DNA of 64,000 nt from Octopus sinensis (lineage: Eukaryota), in NCBI RefSeq assembly GCF_006345805.1, contig NC_043010.1:16058001-16122000 (forward strand), written 5' to 3'. Below are positions 1 through 13,111 of the stretch, in pieces. The position numbers were made by a program, and so were the translations under genes. The notes below the pieces were generated by a model. It saw only the letters and a list, made by a program, of their open reading frames with translations. It was not told where the DNA came from and did no database searches. The first letter of the stretch is position 1; each line of letters begins with the position of its first letter.

Positions 1-914
1 TTTGCTAAGTCGGCCAATGTCCGACTTAGTTGGACATATGAGTCTTACCGAGGGGTTTTCAGAGAAATTTTTCTTATGGTCCTTAAGATTAATCCTGGGT
101 TCACTTGGTTTTAGAGGCTCCGTTCTATCGGCCAGATCGTAATTCACCATAACTTTTTTGATTTCTAAATTGATCTCTCTCAGGTTTTTCTTAGTTGTTA
201 CTTTATACCTTAAGTTTAGTTCCTTTCTAATGAGTTTGCTGTAAGTCGCATAATCCATTCTGTAAAGTTTCCAGTTTTGTCGGCTGGGACTAGGATGCCC
301 TGTTTATCTTGAATAGATTTAATGAAATCCTTTAGATGTCTAAGGTGTGGATTGTATCTTAGTGGATGTTCCTTGAATTTTATATTTGCGATAAGGTCCA
401 GTAGATCCTTTTCAAAGCTTTCAAGCAATGGATTCGGAGGTGGGCTCTTCCTACTTCTAAAAATCTTTTTGTAGCGATTATCCAGGTGTGTTAGTTGAGG
501 GTCTTTTTTCTGTTTGGTATCGTAGTGGTAAGTAATCCATCTAAATCTTCGGATAAATTCATTGATTCTGTGGATCAACAGCCATATGTATTCGTCCTTA
601 CTATGTAAGGGGAAATCCTTTGGGGAAAACTCTATATTTACCTTTTTCATCCTTGTTGAGAAGTTAAGTACCGGAAAGCATACACAATGTATGGAATTAT
701 AAGTTCAGCAAAAATTTAGATTCGAATGAATATGGTACTTAATTTAGATGCACCAGAATTTTGTATGGTGTTATCCATAAAAATTTGATTATAATCAAAA
801 TAAGCAACAAGAATGACTCCGGTAATTTGGTACCATCGTTTCGTACTACATCATTTTATTGAATGTTGTAAGTATTAAAATAGATTTAAGATGCTGAGTA
901 CTCCTCAGCCAATT
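1..914 (-). mobile_element. Penelope-like retroelement (PLE), 5' part of ORF plus upstream leader; frameshifted, runs off the window start
   Basis: ORF 650-216 (SPPPNPLLESFEKDLLDLIANIKF...GILVPADKTGN) continues in another frame as ADRTEPLKPSEPRINLKDHKKNFSEKPSVRLICPTKSDIGRLSK. This is the conserved N-terminal/RT region of PLEs (xLKDHKxNF..RLIxPxKSxIG). A hammerhead motif lies upstream. Confidence 0.8.
824..914 (-). ncRNA. Type I hammerhead ribozyme (PLE-associated, minimal stem III), predicted cleavage after GUA between 831 and 830
   Basis: Minus strand: AAUUGG-CUGAGGA(908-902)-GUACU CA GCAUC...GAUGU AGUAC-GAAA(842-839)-C GAUG GUA(833-831)-CCAA. Stem I is UUGG/CCAA; stem II is GUACU/AGUAC plus GCAUC/GAUGU. 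Confidence 0.75.
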
Positions 915-1013
915 ATAGAGGTTTTCCATTAATACAAAAGTTTTCAAATCAAATGGCAACATTATAGAGAAGGTAGATATACAGACAAAGATGTAGATTT
1001 AAATTTTAAGAAC

Positions 1014-1920
1014 ATATGAGGTATATATGTATCTATATATGTGTATATGTATATATATGTATGTATATATATATGTATATATATATGCATTTATATGTGT
1101 ATATGTATATGTATATATATATATATATGTATATATATGTGTATATGTATATATATGTATATATATATGTGTATATGTATATATATATATGTATATATAT
1201 GTGTATATGTATATATATATGTATATGTATGTATATATATATATGTATATATATGTGTATATGTATATATATATATGTATATATATGTGTATATGTATAT
1301 ATATGTGCATATGTATATATATATGTGTATATGTATATATATATGTGTATATGTATATATATATGTGTATATTGTATATATATGTATATGCATATACATG
1401 TGTATATGTATAGTATATATATTGTATATATATATGTATATGTATATATATTGTATTATATGTATATATATATGTATATATATGTATATATATATGTATA
1501 TATATTATATATGTATATATATATGTATATATATATTATGTATATATATGTATATATATGTGTATATATATGTGTATATATATGTATATATGTATGTATA
1601 TATATGTATGAATGTATATATGTATGTATGTATATATATATGTATATATATATATATGCATATATATATATGTATGTATTATATAGGGATGTATGTATAT
1701 ATGTATGTATATATGTATGTATATATATATGTATGTATGTATGTATATATGTATGTATGTATATATGTATGTATATATGTATATATATATATGTATATAT
1801 ATATATGTATATATGTATGTATATATATATATGTATATATGTATGTATATATATATATATGCATGTATATATATATATAATATGTATGTATATGTATATA
1901 TGTATGTATATATGTATGTG

Positions 1921-1953
<33 letters not shown>

Positions 1954-2030
1954 GTATGTATATGTATGTATATGTATATATATATGTTATATATATGTAT
2001 ATGTATATGTACATATAATATATGGAACGA
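1014..2030. repeat. Compound (TA)n/(TATG)n/(TATATG)n microsatellite
   Basis: About 1 kb of nearly uninterrupted purine-pyrimidine alternation. Confidence 0.95.
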
Positions 2031-2430
2031 AGACGAGAGAGATATGCAGTGATATAATTGAAAATCCTGGAGGGAATAGCACCAAAATTTGGAATTGAGA
2101 GCTGTTCCAATCCCCGTACAGGATGTCACGTGTGGTGCCAAAGGTCCCGTCTTCCACATCCAGGGTAAGAGCAGATACTGTAATAGCGGGTTCAGGGGCC
2201 TCAGCTGTTCAACAACTGCCAAGAAAAATAAGAGATCTACATGATGCGGATGTGGACATTTCAAAAAACATCTAGACAAGCTGCTTTCCGGGATCCCAGA
2301 TGAACCCACTGCAAGGTACGAAGGTAACCTAAGGGCAGCAGCTACAAACCCTCTCTTAGATCAGTGGCCAGCACGGCAAACTGGACTTAGAGAGGGTAGC
2401 AACAAGGGCGGTGCCCCAGCATGGCATCAG
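2031..2430 (+). mobile_element. CR1/L2-group LINE 3' fragment embedded in microsatellite
   Basis: Frameshifted translation resembles the CR1-type ORF2 C-terminus ([52 protein letters not shown]). Confidence 0.65.
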
Positions 2431-2465
2431 CCGGATGGCTGAAACAAGTAAAGAGTAAAAGAGAG

Positions 2466-3661
2466 TATGTATATATATATGTACATGTATATATGTATAT
2501 ATATGATATATATATATGTATATATAATATATGTAATTATGTTATAATGTATATATGTATATGTATATATAGTATCTATGTAATGTAATATATATGTATA
2601 TATGTATATGTATATATATGTATATGTATAAGTATATATATATGTATATACATATGTATATGTATATATGTATATGTATATATATGTATATGTATATGTA
2701 ATATATATATGTATATATATATGCATAGATGTATATATATATGTATATATGTGTATATCTATATATGTATATGCATATATGTATATATATATGTATATAT
2801 GTATGTATATATGTATATATGTATCCATATATGTATATATGTATATATATATGTATATACATATATATGCATATATGTATGTATATATGTATATATGTAT
2901 GCATATATGTATCTATATATATATGATGTATATTTGTATGTATATATGTATGTATATAGGTATGTATATATGTGTATATATGTATGTATATATGTATGTA
3001 TATATGTGTATATATGTATGGGTATATGTGTGTATATATGTGTGTTTATGTGTATATATGTGTGTATATATGTGTGTATATATTTAAGTATATATGTGTG
3101 TATATGTGTATATATGTATGTGTATATGTGTATATATGTATGTATATATGTGTGTATATGTGTATGTATATATGTATGTATATGTGTATGTATATGTGTA
3201 TGTATATGTGTATATATATGTATATGTATATGTGTGTGTATATGTGTGTGTATATGTGTGTATACGTGTATGTATATGTATATGTGTATGTATATGCGTA
3301 TGCATATGCGTATGTATATGTGTATGTATATGTGTATGTATATGTGTGTATGTATATGTGTGTATGTATATATGTGTATGTATATGTGTGTATGTATATG
3401 TGTGTATGTATATGTGTGTATGTATATGTGTATTTATGTATATATATATATATGTATATTTATGTATATATATATATGTATATCTGTATTTATGTATATA
3501 TGTATATGTGTACTTATGTATATACGTGTATGTGTATTTATGTATATATATGTGTGTATTTATGTATTCATATAATGTATATATTATTGTATATGTGTCT
3601 TTTTGTATATATAAATATATAATATATATATCTAAATATATATATATATATATATATTTTA

Positions 3662-3717
<56 letters not shown>

Positions 3718-3782
3718 TATATATATTATATATAGATATACTATATATATAAATATATATATATATATAAACCTATATCTAA

Positions 3783-3814
<32 letters not shown>

Positions 3815-3925
3815 TATATATATATATAGAATATATATATATATATATTAAATATATATATATATTATATATAATATATATAATATATAAATATCTATAT
3901 ATAAATTATAAATATAAATATATAC

Positions 3926-3956
<31 letters not shown>

Positions 3957-4110
3957 AAATATATATATATATATATATATAAATATAATAATATATATAT
4001 ATTATATATATATAAATATATATATTATAATATATATATATATATATAAATATATCTATATATATATATATATATATATAAATATCTATATATATATATA
4101 TAAATATATC

Positions 4111-4160
<50 letters not shown>

Positions 4161-4341
4161 AATAATATAAATATATATATAATATATATATAGATATATA
4201 TATAGATATATAATTATATTATATATATATATAGATATATATATATATAATATATAAATATATATATATATATAAATATATCGATATATATAATATATAT
4301 ATATCTATATATTTATATTTATATATATAAATATATATAAC
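2466..4341. repeat. Compound microsatellite grading from (TATATG)n through (TGTA/TGTG)n to (TA)n
   Basis: About 1.9 kb of alternating purine-pyrimidine sequence. Confidence 0.95.
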
Positions 4342-5542
4342 TACAGAAGAATTAGTAGACGGCAAGTTCTGGTTTTAATTTACAGGCATCTAGGAACTAG
4401 AGGAGAATATTTTCTTTGACCAGTAAAACAGCTAATTTATTGCTGTTGAATCAGCTATGAATTTAAAGAGAATCTAAAGAGATAACCCTGTCAGGGGTTT
4501 AGGAGTCAGAGGCTAAAATCAAAAGAAAATACATAGGAAATCTAAGTATAATCTTATCAAAAAGTCATTAAAATTTATTTATTTCATTTATTCATTTTAT
4601 TGTCTTAAGGAGTTGCCGTTATTATTCATACATTGACGGACTACAGGTCAAATCTTAGAAGATCATTTACAAGGTGTTAGGGAATTGTCTATCATAATGA
4701 TAGTTTAAGTGGCTCTGTTCTATCCGTTAAATTTAGTTTCTCCATGATCTCTTTCATCTCCAGGTTTACTTTTTTCAAATTGTTCTTAGTCGTAATTTAT
4801 ATTGGAGTTTAGTTCCTCCTAATTAAATTTGCTATAAATATCGTAATCAACTCTATACATATTACCCGTTTTAATCTGCTGGTACTAGGATTCCATGTTT
4901 GCACCGGGTTGACTGAATAAAGTTCCTAGGTTGTCTAAGGTGAGGGTTATATCTTAACTGGTGTTCCTTGAAGCTAATATAATCTATAAGATTCAGCAAG
5001 TCTTTCTCAAAGTTCTCCAGGAATGGGTTCTGAGGTGGACTTTTTCTACTCTAAAAATTCTTCCTAAAATTTCTTTCGGGTATTCTTTTCCTGTGGTTTC
5101 TTCTTCTGTTTGACATCAAAATGGTACGTTTTCCACCTGATCTTCTAATGAAATCGTTAATCCTATGAATGAGAAGCCAATTATATTCATCTATACTATG
5201 TAAGGGGATGTCTTTAGGGGAGAACTCATTGTTACTTGTTCCATCTTGTTGAGAAATTAAGTACCAGAAAAACACACAGACTGTATGGGAATATATTCAA
5301 AAGCAATAAAGATTCAAGTTAATTAAATGAATTTACTTGAATATGGTACCTAACTTAGATTGCACCAAAAAAACTATTACTGTTTAAAAAAATACAGTAA
5401 TTGGGGTGGGGTGATTATAAGCGAGAAAGAAGCAACAAGAATGGATAGGTTTTTTAGTACAATCGTTTCATACAAGGACAGGCTTTATAAATGTTGCAAA
5501 AATTACAGCATATAAACGTGTCCCGTTACTCATCAGCTAAAA
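4342..5542 (-). mobile_element. Second, diverged PLE copy (degenerate ORF 5' half and RT start) with upstream hammerhead
   Basis: Collinear with copy 1: EFSPKDIPLHSIDEYNWLLIHRINDFIRR; GILVPA.KTGNMYRVDYD; MKEIMEKLNLTDRTEPLK. The leader upstream of the ORF aligns with 660-830. Confidence 0.75.
5452..5542 (-). ncRNA. Type I hammerhead ribozyme (PLE-associated), predicted cleavage after GUA between 5458 and 5457
   Basis: Minus strand: UUUUAG-CUGAUGA(5536-5530)-GUAACGGGACA...UGUCCUUGUAU-GAAA(5469-5466)-C GAUU GUA(5460-5458)-CUAAAA. Stem I is UUUUAG/CUAAAA, a different sequence from copy 1 with pairing kept. Confidence 0.75.
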
Positions 5543-6079
5543 TACATGTCAGTTCTCTAGACATCCTAGTGGTTGAGGCTATACTCATGAAGTAATGTAG
5601 ATAATTAAGTAACATAAACAGATATCCAAAGTTCATTAAAGTTCTGTAAAGATGATGTACAGTCTTATCACAGAATTTTTAAAAAGTTTTAATAGCATCA
5701 CAGAGAAGGGACCTAATCCATAGTGCACATATGAATTTCCAGAGATATGGGAGGGATTACATACTCACAGACGACAAATTTATCCATTGTTAATCACAAC
5801 GAGGTGGGGTCTCAATTCCTGCTTATTAGCATTACAGAGAGGGTGAATTAATCCTTTGTATAGATGCACAATTTCAATGGTGTAGATGTAAATTTCAGAG
5901 AATGAAGAGGAATTTCATATTCACAGGCGATAAATTTATCAATGGTTGAACACAATGAGGTAGGTGTATCAATTTCTTGTTATATGATTAGGTATTTGCC
6001 ACATTAATCACATTACTGCTATTTACAAGAGGCTGTAGCTTTTAACTTTTAAGGCTGAAGGGCTTTCTAGAGATGCAAA

Positions 6080-6260
6080 GAACAGAAAAGGGAGGGGAAG
6101 CGAAGAAAAGAGAGAAAAAAAGGAGGAGGAGCAAAAAGGGGGGGGAGGGGGACTAAAAGAGAAGAGAAAAGGAAAAAGAGAATAAGAAGAAGAAAAGAAA
6201 AAAAGGAAAAGAGAAAGAAATAGGGAAAGAAGGGAAAAAAAGAAAAGAAAAGAAAGAGGG
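6080..6260. repeat. Purine-rich (A/G) low-complexity tract
   Basis: GAAAA/GGAGG runs, almost no pyrimidines. Confidence 0.85.
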
Positions 6261-6269
6261 TTCTAGTGA

Positions 6270-6628
6270 TACAGAAGAATTAGTAGACGGCAAGTCTGGT
6301 TTAATTTACAGGCATCTAGGAACTAGAGGAGAATATTATTCTTTGACCAGTAAAACAGCTAATTTATTGCTGTTGAAATCAGCTATGAATTTAAAGAGAA
6401 TCTAAAGAGATAACACTGTCAGGGGTTTAGGAGTCAGAAGCTAAAATCAAAAGAAAATACATTAGGAAAATCTAAGTATAATCTTATCAAAAAGTCATTA
6501 AAATTATTTATTCATTTATTCATTTTATTGTCTTAAGGAGTTGCCGTTATTATTCATACATTGACGGACTACAGGTCAAATCTTAGAAGATCATTTACAA
6601 GGTGTTAGGGGATTGTCTATCATAATGA
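6270..6628 (-). mobile_element. Near-identical duplicate of PLE segment 4342-4700
   Basis: Direct alignment; differences are mostly single-base indels in homopolymers. Confidence 0.8.
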
Positions 6629-6992
6629 AGATAATCATATTATCACCGAGGGAGTAGCCTTATTTTTTAATTTTGAAATAGAATTATGGGGCTTTAGTAA
6701 CTCTTTATTTTATTAAAGTTATGCTACTTTAAATTAGATTAAGTTAAGAATTAAAATTAAAAATTACAATTAAGATTTAAAATTAAGATTTAAAATTATG
6801 AGTTTGAAATTAAAAAAGCCTCAATTAAGCAGCGTATAAGTACTATTCATTTCCCTTTTCTCAAAAAAATGATGCAGATATAAGGAAAAAGATAACTGTA
6901 GTGTGAGAACTCTTAGTTATCTACTTAAAGCGGTGCTATACTAGTAAAAATCAAGTTATATCTATCTATCTATCTAGTCACGAAGATTCTAA

Positions 6993-7092
6993 NNNNNNNN
7001 NNNNNNNNNNNNNNNNNNNNNNNNNNNNNNNNNNNNNNNNNNNNNNNNNNNNNNNNNNNNNNNNNNNNNNNNNNNNNNNNNNNNNNNNNNNN
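6993..7092. other. Scaffold gap (100 N)
   Basis: Run of exactly 100 N. Confidence 1.
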
Positions 7093-7154
7093 ACTAGCCC
7101 TTAAAAGCCCCTAAAATTGCTGGCCTTGTGTCAAAATTTGAAACAATTATGATA

Positions 7155-7188
<34 letters not shown>

Positions 7189-7329
7189 GAAAATTCTCTA
7201 CACATTTAAGACTGTTAGAGCAGCTTTTAGCAATGGACTCCTTCCTGGAAATGGAGACATCTTGTGAGATGTTCCCCCTCTCCGCTCCTCGTAAATATAA
7301 CACTTTTACAGGACTAAAACTGCACACAT

Positions 7330-7467
7330 AATTCATATATATACACTTACATAAATGCATGTATAGACACACACACATACGTGCATAAACACGTATACAT
7401 ACATGCCCGTGTATCCACACAAATGTACACATACATATATACATTCAGGCATATACGTATACATAAG

Positions 7468-7500
<33 letters not shown>

Positions 7501-7937
7501 TTATACAGGCGTGCATACAAATACATACACATACAATATGTAAGAGAATCTCACCAGTATTTTGAGACTTCCCCCCCAAAATTCTTTACATGTAACTCCT
7601 GATGTGCTGACTGGAACAAATATAAACCTGCACCACACACCACACACACACCACACACACACAAACCTTTTAGTCGCACTAATGTCTTACACCGAAACTA
7701 TACATGATATTTTATCACTCCTGCACAAGCATACACATACATATGTGTTTATATACATTATATTCATGCATACATACATACATTTATATATATATATGTA
7801 TATGTATATATAAGAAAACGAAAAAGTGAGAGAGAAAGAGTGACAGAGAGAGAAAGGATGATAAAGAGAATTATGCAAATGATTACACCTGAATCCAAAC
7901 ATAAAGACATATGCATACAACACACACACACTCATGT

Positions 7938-7972
<35 letters not shown>

Positions 7973-8096
7973 ATATACATATACATATATGTGTCTATGT
8001 GTTTGTGTGCACACACGTGCACAGGCGCAGAGACAAACACACACATATATATCCTTGTGCACATGTACACTCGCACACACGGATTTATGCAAATAG

Positions 8097-8134
<38 letters not shown>

Positions 8135-8186
8135 GAAACAGATTACATACATACATCTATACATATATACTGATACAACAAATGCA

Positions 8187-8230
<44 letters not shown>

Positions 8231-8851
8231 GAATGAAAAAAAAAGCCAAAAAAAAAAAGAAAAAAAAGGAATAACAAAGATAACTTCCATTTTGTTTACC
8301 TGTTTCCGTTGCTGAACATGTTTATGTATGTTAACTGTTAATTATTTTGGTCGTAGACGCTGGAATGCTGTAATAAAGCAATTAGAAGCTGGGCTTCCCC
8401 CACCCCTACCCCCTCTTCAACTCATAGACATTGTTGAACTCCAAAGATTCTGGCTAAAAACACGAAAAAAAAAACGAAAAAAAAACACTGCAAAACAAAG
8501 AAATTTATAAAGACCACCACTACAGAAAATATTTTTTAAAAACACAGACGTGCACGCATATATATATATGTATATATATATACAACATATATATATATAT
8601 ATATACATACAGTATATATATATGTATATATATATACATACAGTATATATATAATATATATATATATACATACATGTATATATATACATAAGTATATATA
8701 TATATAATACAGTATATATATATACATACAGTATATATATGTATATATATACATACAGTATATATATATATATATAACATAAATACATACAGTATATATA
8801 TATGTATATATATATACATGCAGTGTATATATATACATATATATACATACA

Positions 8852-8883
<32 letters not shown>

Positions 8884-10232
8884 TATGTATATATATTGAA
8901 TACATATTGTATATCTACAAACACACATGCACACACACACACACACACACACACGCGCGCACACATATATGTGTGTGTTTGTATATCATTAAATTGATAT
9001 GCCTACAAACTACATAAAAAACTTTATACAAGACGTAAACCTAAATCCTTATTTATACATGCTTGGTTCATGCGTATATAGTATAAATATAGGAATACCT
9101 ACAAACTGAATATATATATATTTATATTATTAGAGATTTATAGACACCTATATTCGTATATAAATTTAAATATATTGGTACATAAACATTATATGTATGT
9201 ACGGATGGCTTGATGAATATTATGAACAGAATGCATATATATTATACATACATAAATAAGACATATATATTGTACATAAGTATAATTTATACATATATTT
9301 AAATACATGTTTGTATTTACATATATATATGAGAGAGTGAGAGAAGAGAAAAGAGTGATAGAGTGAGAGAGAGAAACATAGCTAGACAGACAGATAGATA
9401 GATGCACACAGATAAGTATGCATCTGTATGTATGTATGTATAACGCTGATGAGAGTTAGAGGCTGCAATGGTCGTGACAGGGAGAAATCCTTATAGGGAT
9501 GTATAGTATAAAAACTATATATAAATGCATATATATATATATAAAATATATACATAATATAATATATATAATATACATAATATATATATAATATCATTAT
9601 CATAATATCTATATAGAATATATATATATAATATATATATATATATACCTACATCATATAATATATAGTATACATCCATAATATATATACATAATATTAT
9701 ATATATTATATACATCATAATATATATATAGTCCATAATATATAGATACGATTATATATATATATATATATATATGATATATATATATGATCATATATAT
9801 ATCAATATATATATATATATCTAGTATATGATATACATAATATATATATATGTATATATATCTGATATATATATATATATAATACTATATATATATAACT
9901 CTATATATATCTATATATAAACCTATAATATCTGTAATATATATGATATAAATATATATGTATATATATATACATAATATATATATAGATATATATATAT
10001 ATATATATATGATATATATCTAATGATATATATATATTATAGAATAATATATGTATCTAAAAAATATATATGTATATATATATGATAATATATATGTATA
10101 GATATATAGACATGATATATATATAATATATGTGTGTGTGTGTGTGTGTGTGTGATATATATAATCATATATATATATGCAAATCATATAGCTAGATATA
10201 TATAGAAATATATGTATTATATATATGATATA

Positions 10233-10270
<38 letters not shown>

Positions 10271-10680
10271 ATATACAAATATATATATTCAAATACATAT
10301 AGATAGATATATATAGAAATATGTATATATATATAGATATATATATACATACATGTGTGTGTGTGCATTTATATATCTATTTCCTATTTTTCATTAGTGG
10401 TTTAAAAATTGATCGAGATTTTCGTACATAGTATCTATCATGTGTGTGTGTGCGTCTGTGTGAAATATAAATAAATAAATATGTGTGTGTATGTAGTGGT
10501 ATATAAATATACATGCACATGCATATATATGTATGCATACATATATGTATATACACGCACAACATAACATATTTATATACAATACATGCCATACATATGT
10601 ATGTGTATATATATATATATATTTTTATATATATATCTATATATGTGTATATAGATATATATGTATATATATGGAAAATA
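7330..10680. repeat. Microsatellite-dominated region ((CA)n, (TA)n, (TACA)n, (GA)n)
   Basis: Interspersed dinucleotide/tetranucleotide arrays with short unique spacers. Confidence 0.85.
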
Positions 10681-10920
10681 AGACAAAACTAGAAAATGCT
10701 AAAATAATTTTACCATGAACAACATTTTAGTCATGTGACTTTTTTCAACTTTCAGTGAAGCATGAAAACCAATTTAATTGTGGAAAAATTAAATGAAATA
10801 TTTTTTTTAAATATTTCCATAGTTTTCAAATACAAGGGTGATTTTCCTGTTTTCTCTCTTTCTCTCTCTCTTTTATTCTTGTGAAGGCTTGGTAGAAGCA
10901 GTCCTAAAAGAATATTTGAT

Positions 10921-11307
10921 ACTAGCAGTATCGCCCGGCGTTGCTCGGGTTTGTAAGGGAAATAACTATATAAGCATTTTTAGAGATGTAAAGTATAATA
11001 GCGATCTCAATATGGCTAACCACAAAGGGGGGGGGGTGTTACTGTAGCCTTTTACGTTCTGAGATTTAATAATAAATTTTTAGAGAGTTACTTCCCTTAT
11101 ATATGCCAAAAATGCATTAAAAATGGGAAAAATTGATGGTAAATTTTTTTTTAAATCGTAGACTCACGCTAATACCCAGAAGGGCTTGATATGAATCACG
11201 ACTATAAGATACCCGGTTTTGGTTAAACTGCACCGCAAAATGTGGGAGTAGTTAGGAATCTAAATCGTAGGAGACAGACACACAACCTTACTTTTATATA
11301 TCAAGAT
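10921..11307 (+). mobile_element. Non-autonomous Helitron-like element (family 1)
   Basis: 5' ACTAGC followed by hairpin CCCGGCGTTGCTCGGG; 3' end ...ACAGACACAC...CTTTTATATATCAAGAT. This matches the architecture of invertebrate non-autonomous rolling-circle elements. Confidence 0.6.
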
Positions 11308-11599
11308 GAGGGATGTTAGTTCTTGGTTTCGTTTGTTTTACCTACAACCAAGCTCGCACAAGAGAGACAGACAGGAAAATGACCCTTGTACTTGAAAACT
11401 ATGGAAATATTTTTAAAAGACATTCCATTTAATTTTTCCACGATTTCATTGTTTTTCATACTTTACTCAAAGTTGAAAAAGTTGCAAACACAGATGCCTG
11501 TACTAAAATGTTGTTCATGATAGAATTATTTTAGCATTTTCTACCTTGTCATATTTTCCTTACGCATATCAACACGTGAGTTTCTTTTCAACCTTCTAC

Positions 11600-12240
11600 A
11601 TACATATGTATGAATATATATATAATATATATATTTATGTATATTGTGTATATATGTGTATAATATGTGTATATATATATATATATATAATATTTATGTA
11701 TATATGTGTGTATATATATATGATATATATAGTGTATAATATATGTATATATAAATATACATGTGTATATATGTATGTATATATATATATATACATATGT
11801 ATGTATATATACACATGTATATATATATATATGTATGCATGTGTATATATATATATATGTATGCATGTGTATATATATGTATGCATGTATGTATATGTAT
11901 ATATGTATGTATATATGTATGTATGTATATATGTATATATGTATGCATGTATGCATGTATGTATATATGTATATATGTATATATGTATATATGTATGCAT
12001 GTATGCATGTATGTATATATGTATGTATATATGTATGTATGTATGTATGTATATATGTATATATATATATATGTATCTATATATACACATGTATGTATAT
12101 ATATATATATGTATCTATATATACACGTGTATGTATATAGACATGTATATATATATAATTTTATGTATATATACAAAACTTACGTATATACATATACGTG
12201 TGTGTAAATATGTATATATGTATGCAATCATATATACATT
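11600..12240. repeat. Compound (TA)n/(TGTA)n microsatellite
   Basis: Purine-pyrimidine alternation. Confidence 0.9.
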
Positions 12241-12841
12241 CAGACTGACGTAGAACTATACATACATTGATACATAAAAATACAAGAAAGAGCTATTTTT
12301 TGTAAAAACTGTCTATGAAATCGGCCATGTTTGGGGTGGGGTGGTCAGTTGTTTGTCTGCAGTTATCCTGTCCCCTAGGGCAGGGCCATAGGTGAGCTAC
12401 TATCCTGTCCCCTAGGGGCAGGGCCATAGGTGAGCTACTATATATTTCAGAGAGGCATTTGGTGCAAACTTTCTTCCTATTGAATAAAATTGAATGAAAT
12501 GAAAAAAAATCAATAAACATTGTTTCACCTGTTTTTTTGTTTTGCTTTTTGTTATTTATTTTATCTTTTGTGTTACTTCAATTTACAACATTGTTCAAGT
12601 GCCTTCACATACACACGTATGATGCACGAAAGGGATAGAGATGCAGGAAAAGTAGTAAACAAGCCCATTTGAGAAGTCCTTTGTCAGTGCCCACCTTTCG
12701 CTGCCGTATAAAATAGCACTGATTCGAGAGGCTCAATGAACAGCTGGATTTTGATTTGCCGGGGCAATTTGGAGTCCCGGGCCTTCTTTAGTTTTATAAA
12801 GGATCAATTGTTGTCTTCTTTTGACTTAACTCTACTTTTAA

Positions 12842-13111
12842 TCTGTTGTGTCTGGGGAGAGTGCCTTATTATTTAACACACTTACCAGTAAAATTTCCAC
12901 TTATTTCTTATTTTTATTGTCCTAAAATTTTCGTTGCGTCTTGCAACCTTTTCAATAGTCTTGACTAGTGAGAGTCAAAACTATTGAAAAGGTTGCAAGA
13001 CGCAACGAAAATTTTAGGAAAATAAAAATAAGAAATAAGTGGAAATTTTACCGGTCAGTGTGTTAAATTATAAGGCACTAAAAGAGAATGACTCTCCCCA
13101 GACACAACAGA
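12842..13111. repeat. Long inverted repeat (106-bp arms, 6-nt loop, plus 21-bp outer arms)
   Basis: 12861-12966 pairs with 12973-13078 with about 5 mismatches; 12842-12862 pairs with 13091-13111. Confidence 0.9.

Noticed and set aside
650-750. Possible intron in the PLE leader (TACTTAAC..CAACAAG|GATG)
   Set aside because: Acceptor-like motif is present in two copies but no credible donor was identified.
999-3714. Many long ORFs rich in Y/I/M/C/V/H/T (also 7094-12253, 61358-61983)
   Set aside because: They are translations of (TA)/(TG)/(CA) microsatellites, which lack stop codons; no coding signal.
8328-8510. [36 protein letters not shown]
   Set aside because: Short, no recognisable family, no convincing splice partners.
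9440-9500. CTGATGAG...GAAA hammerhead-like words
   Set aside because: No stem II or stem I pairing could be built.
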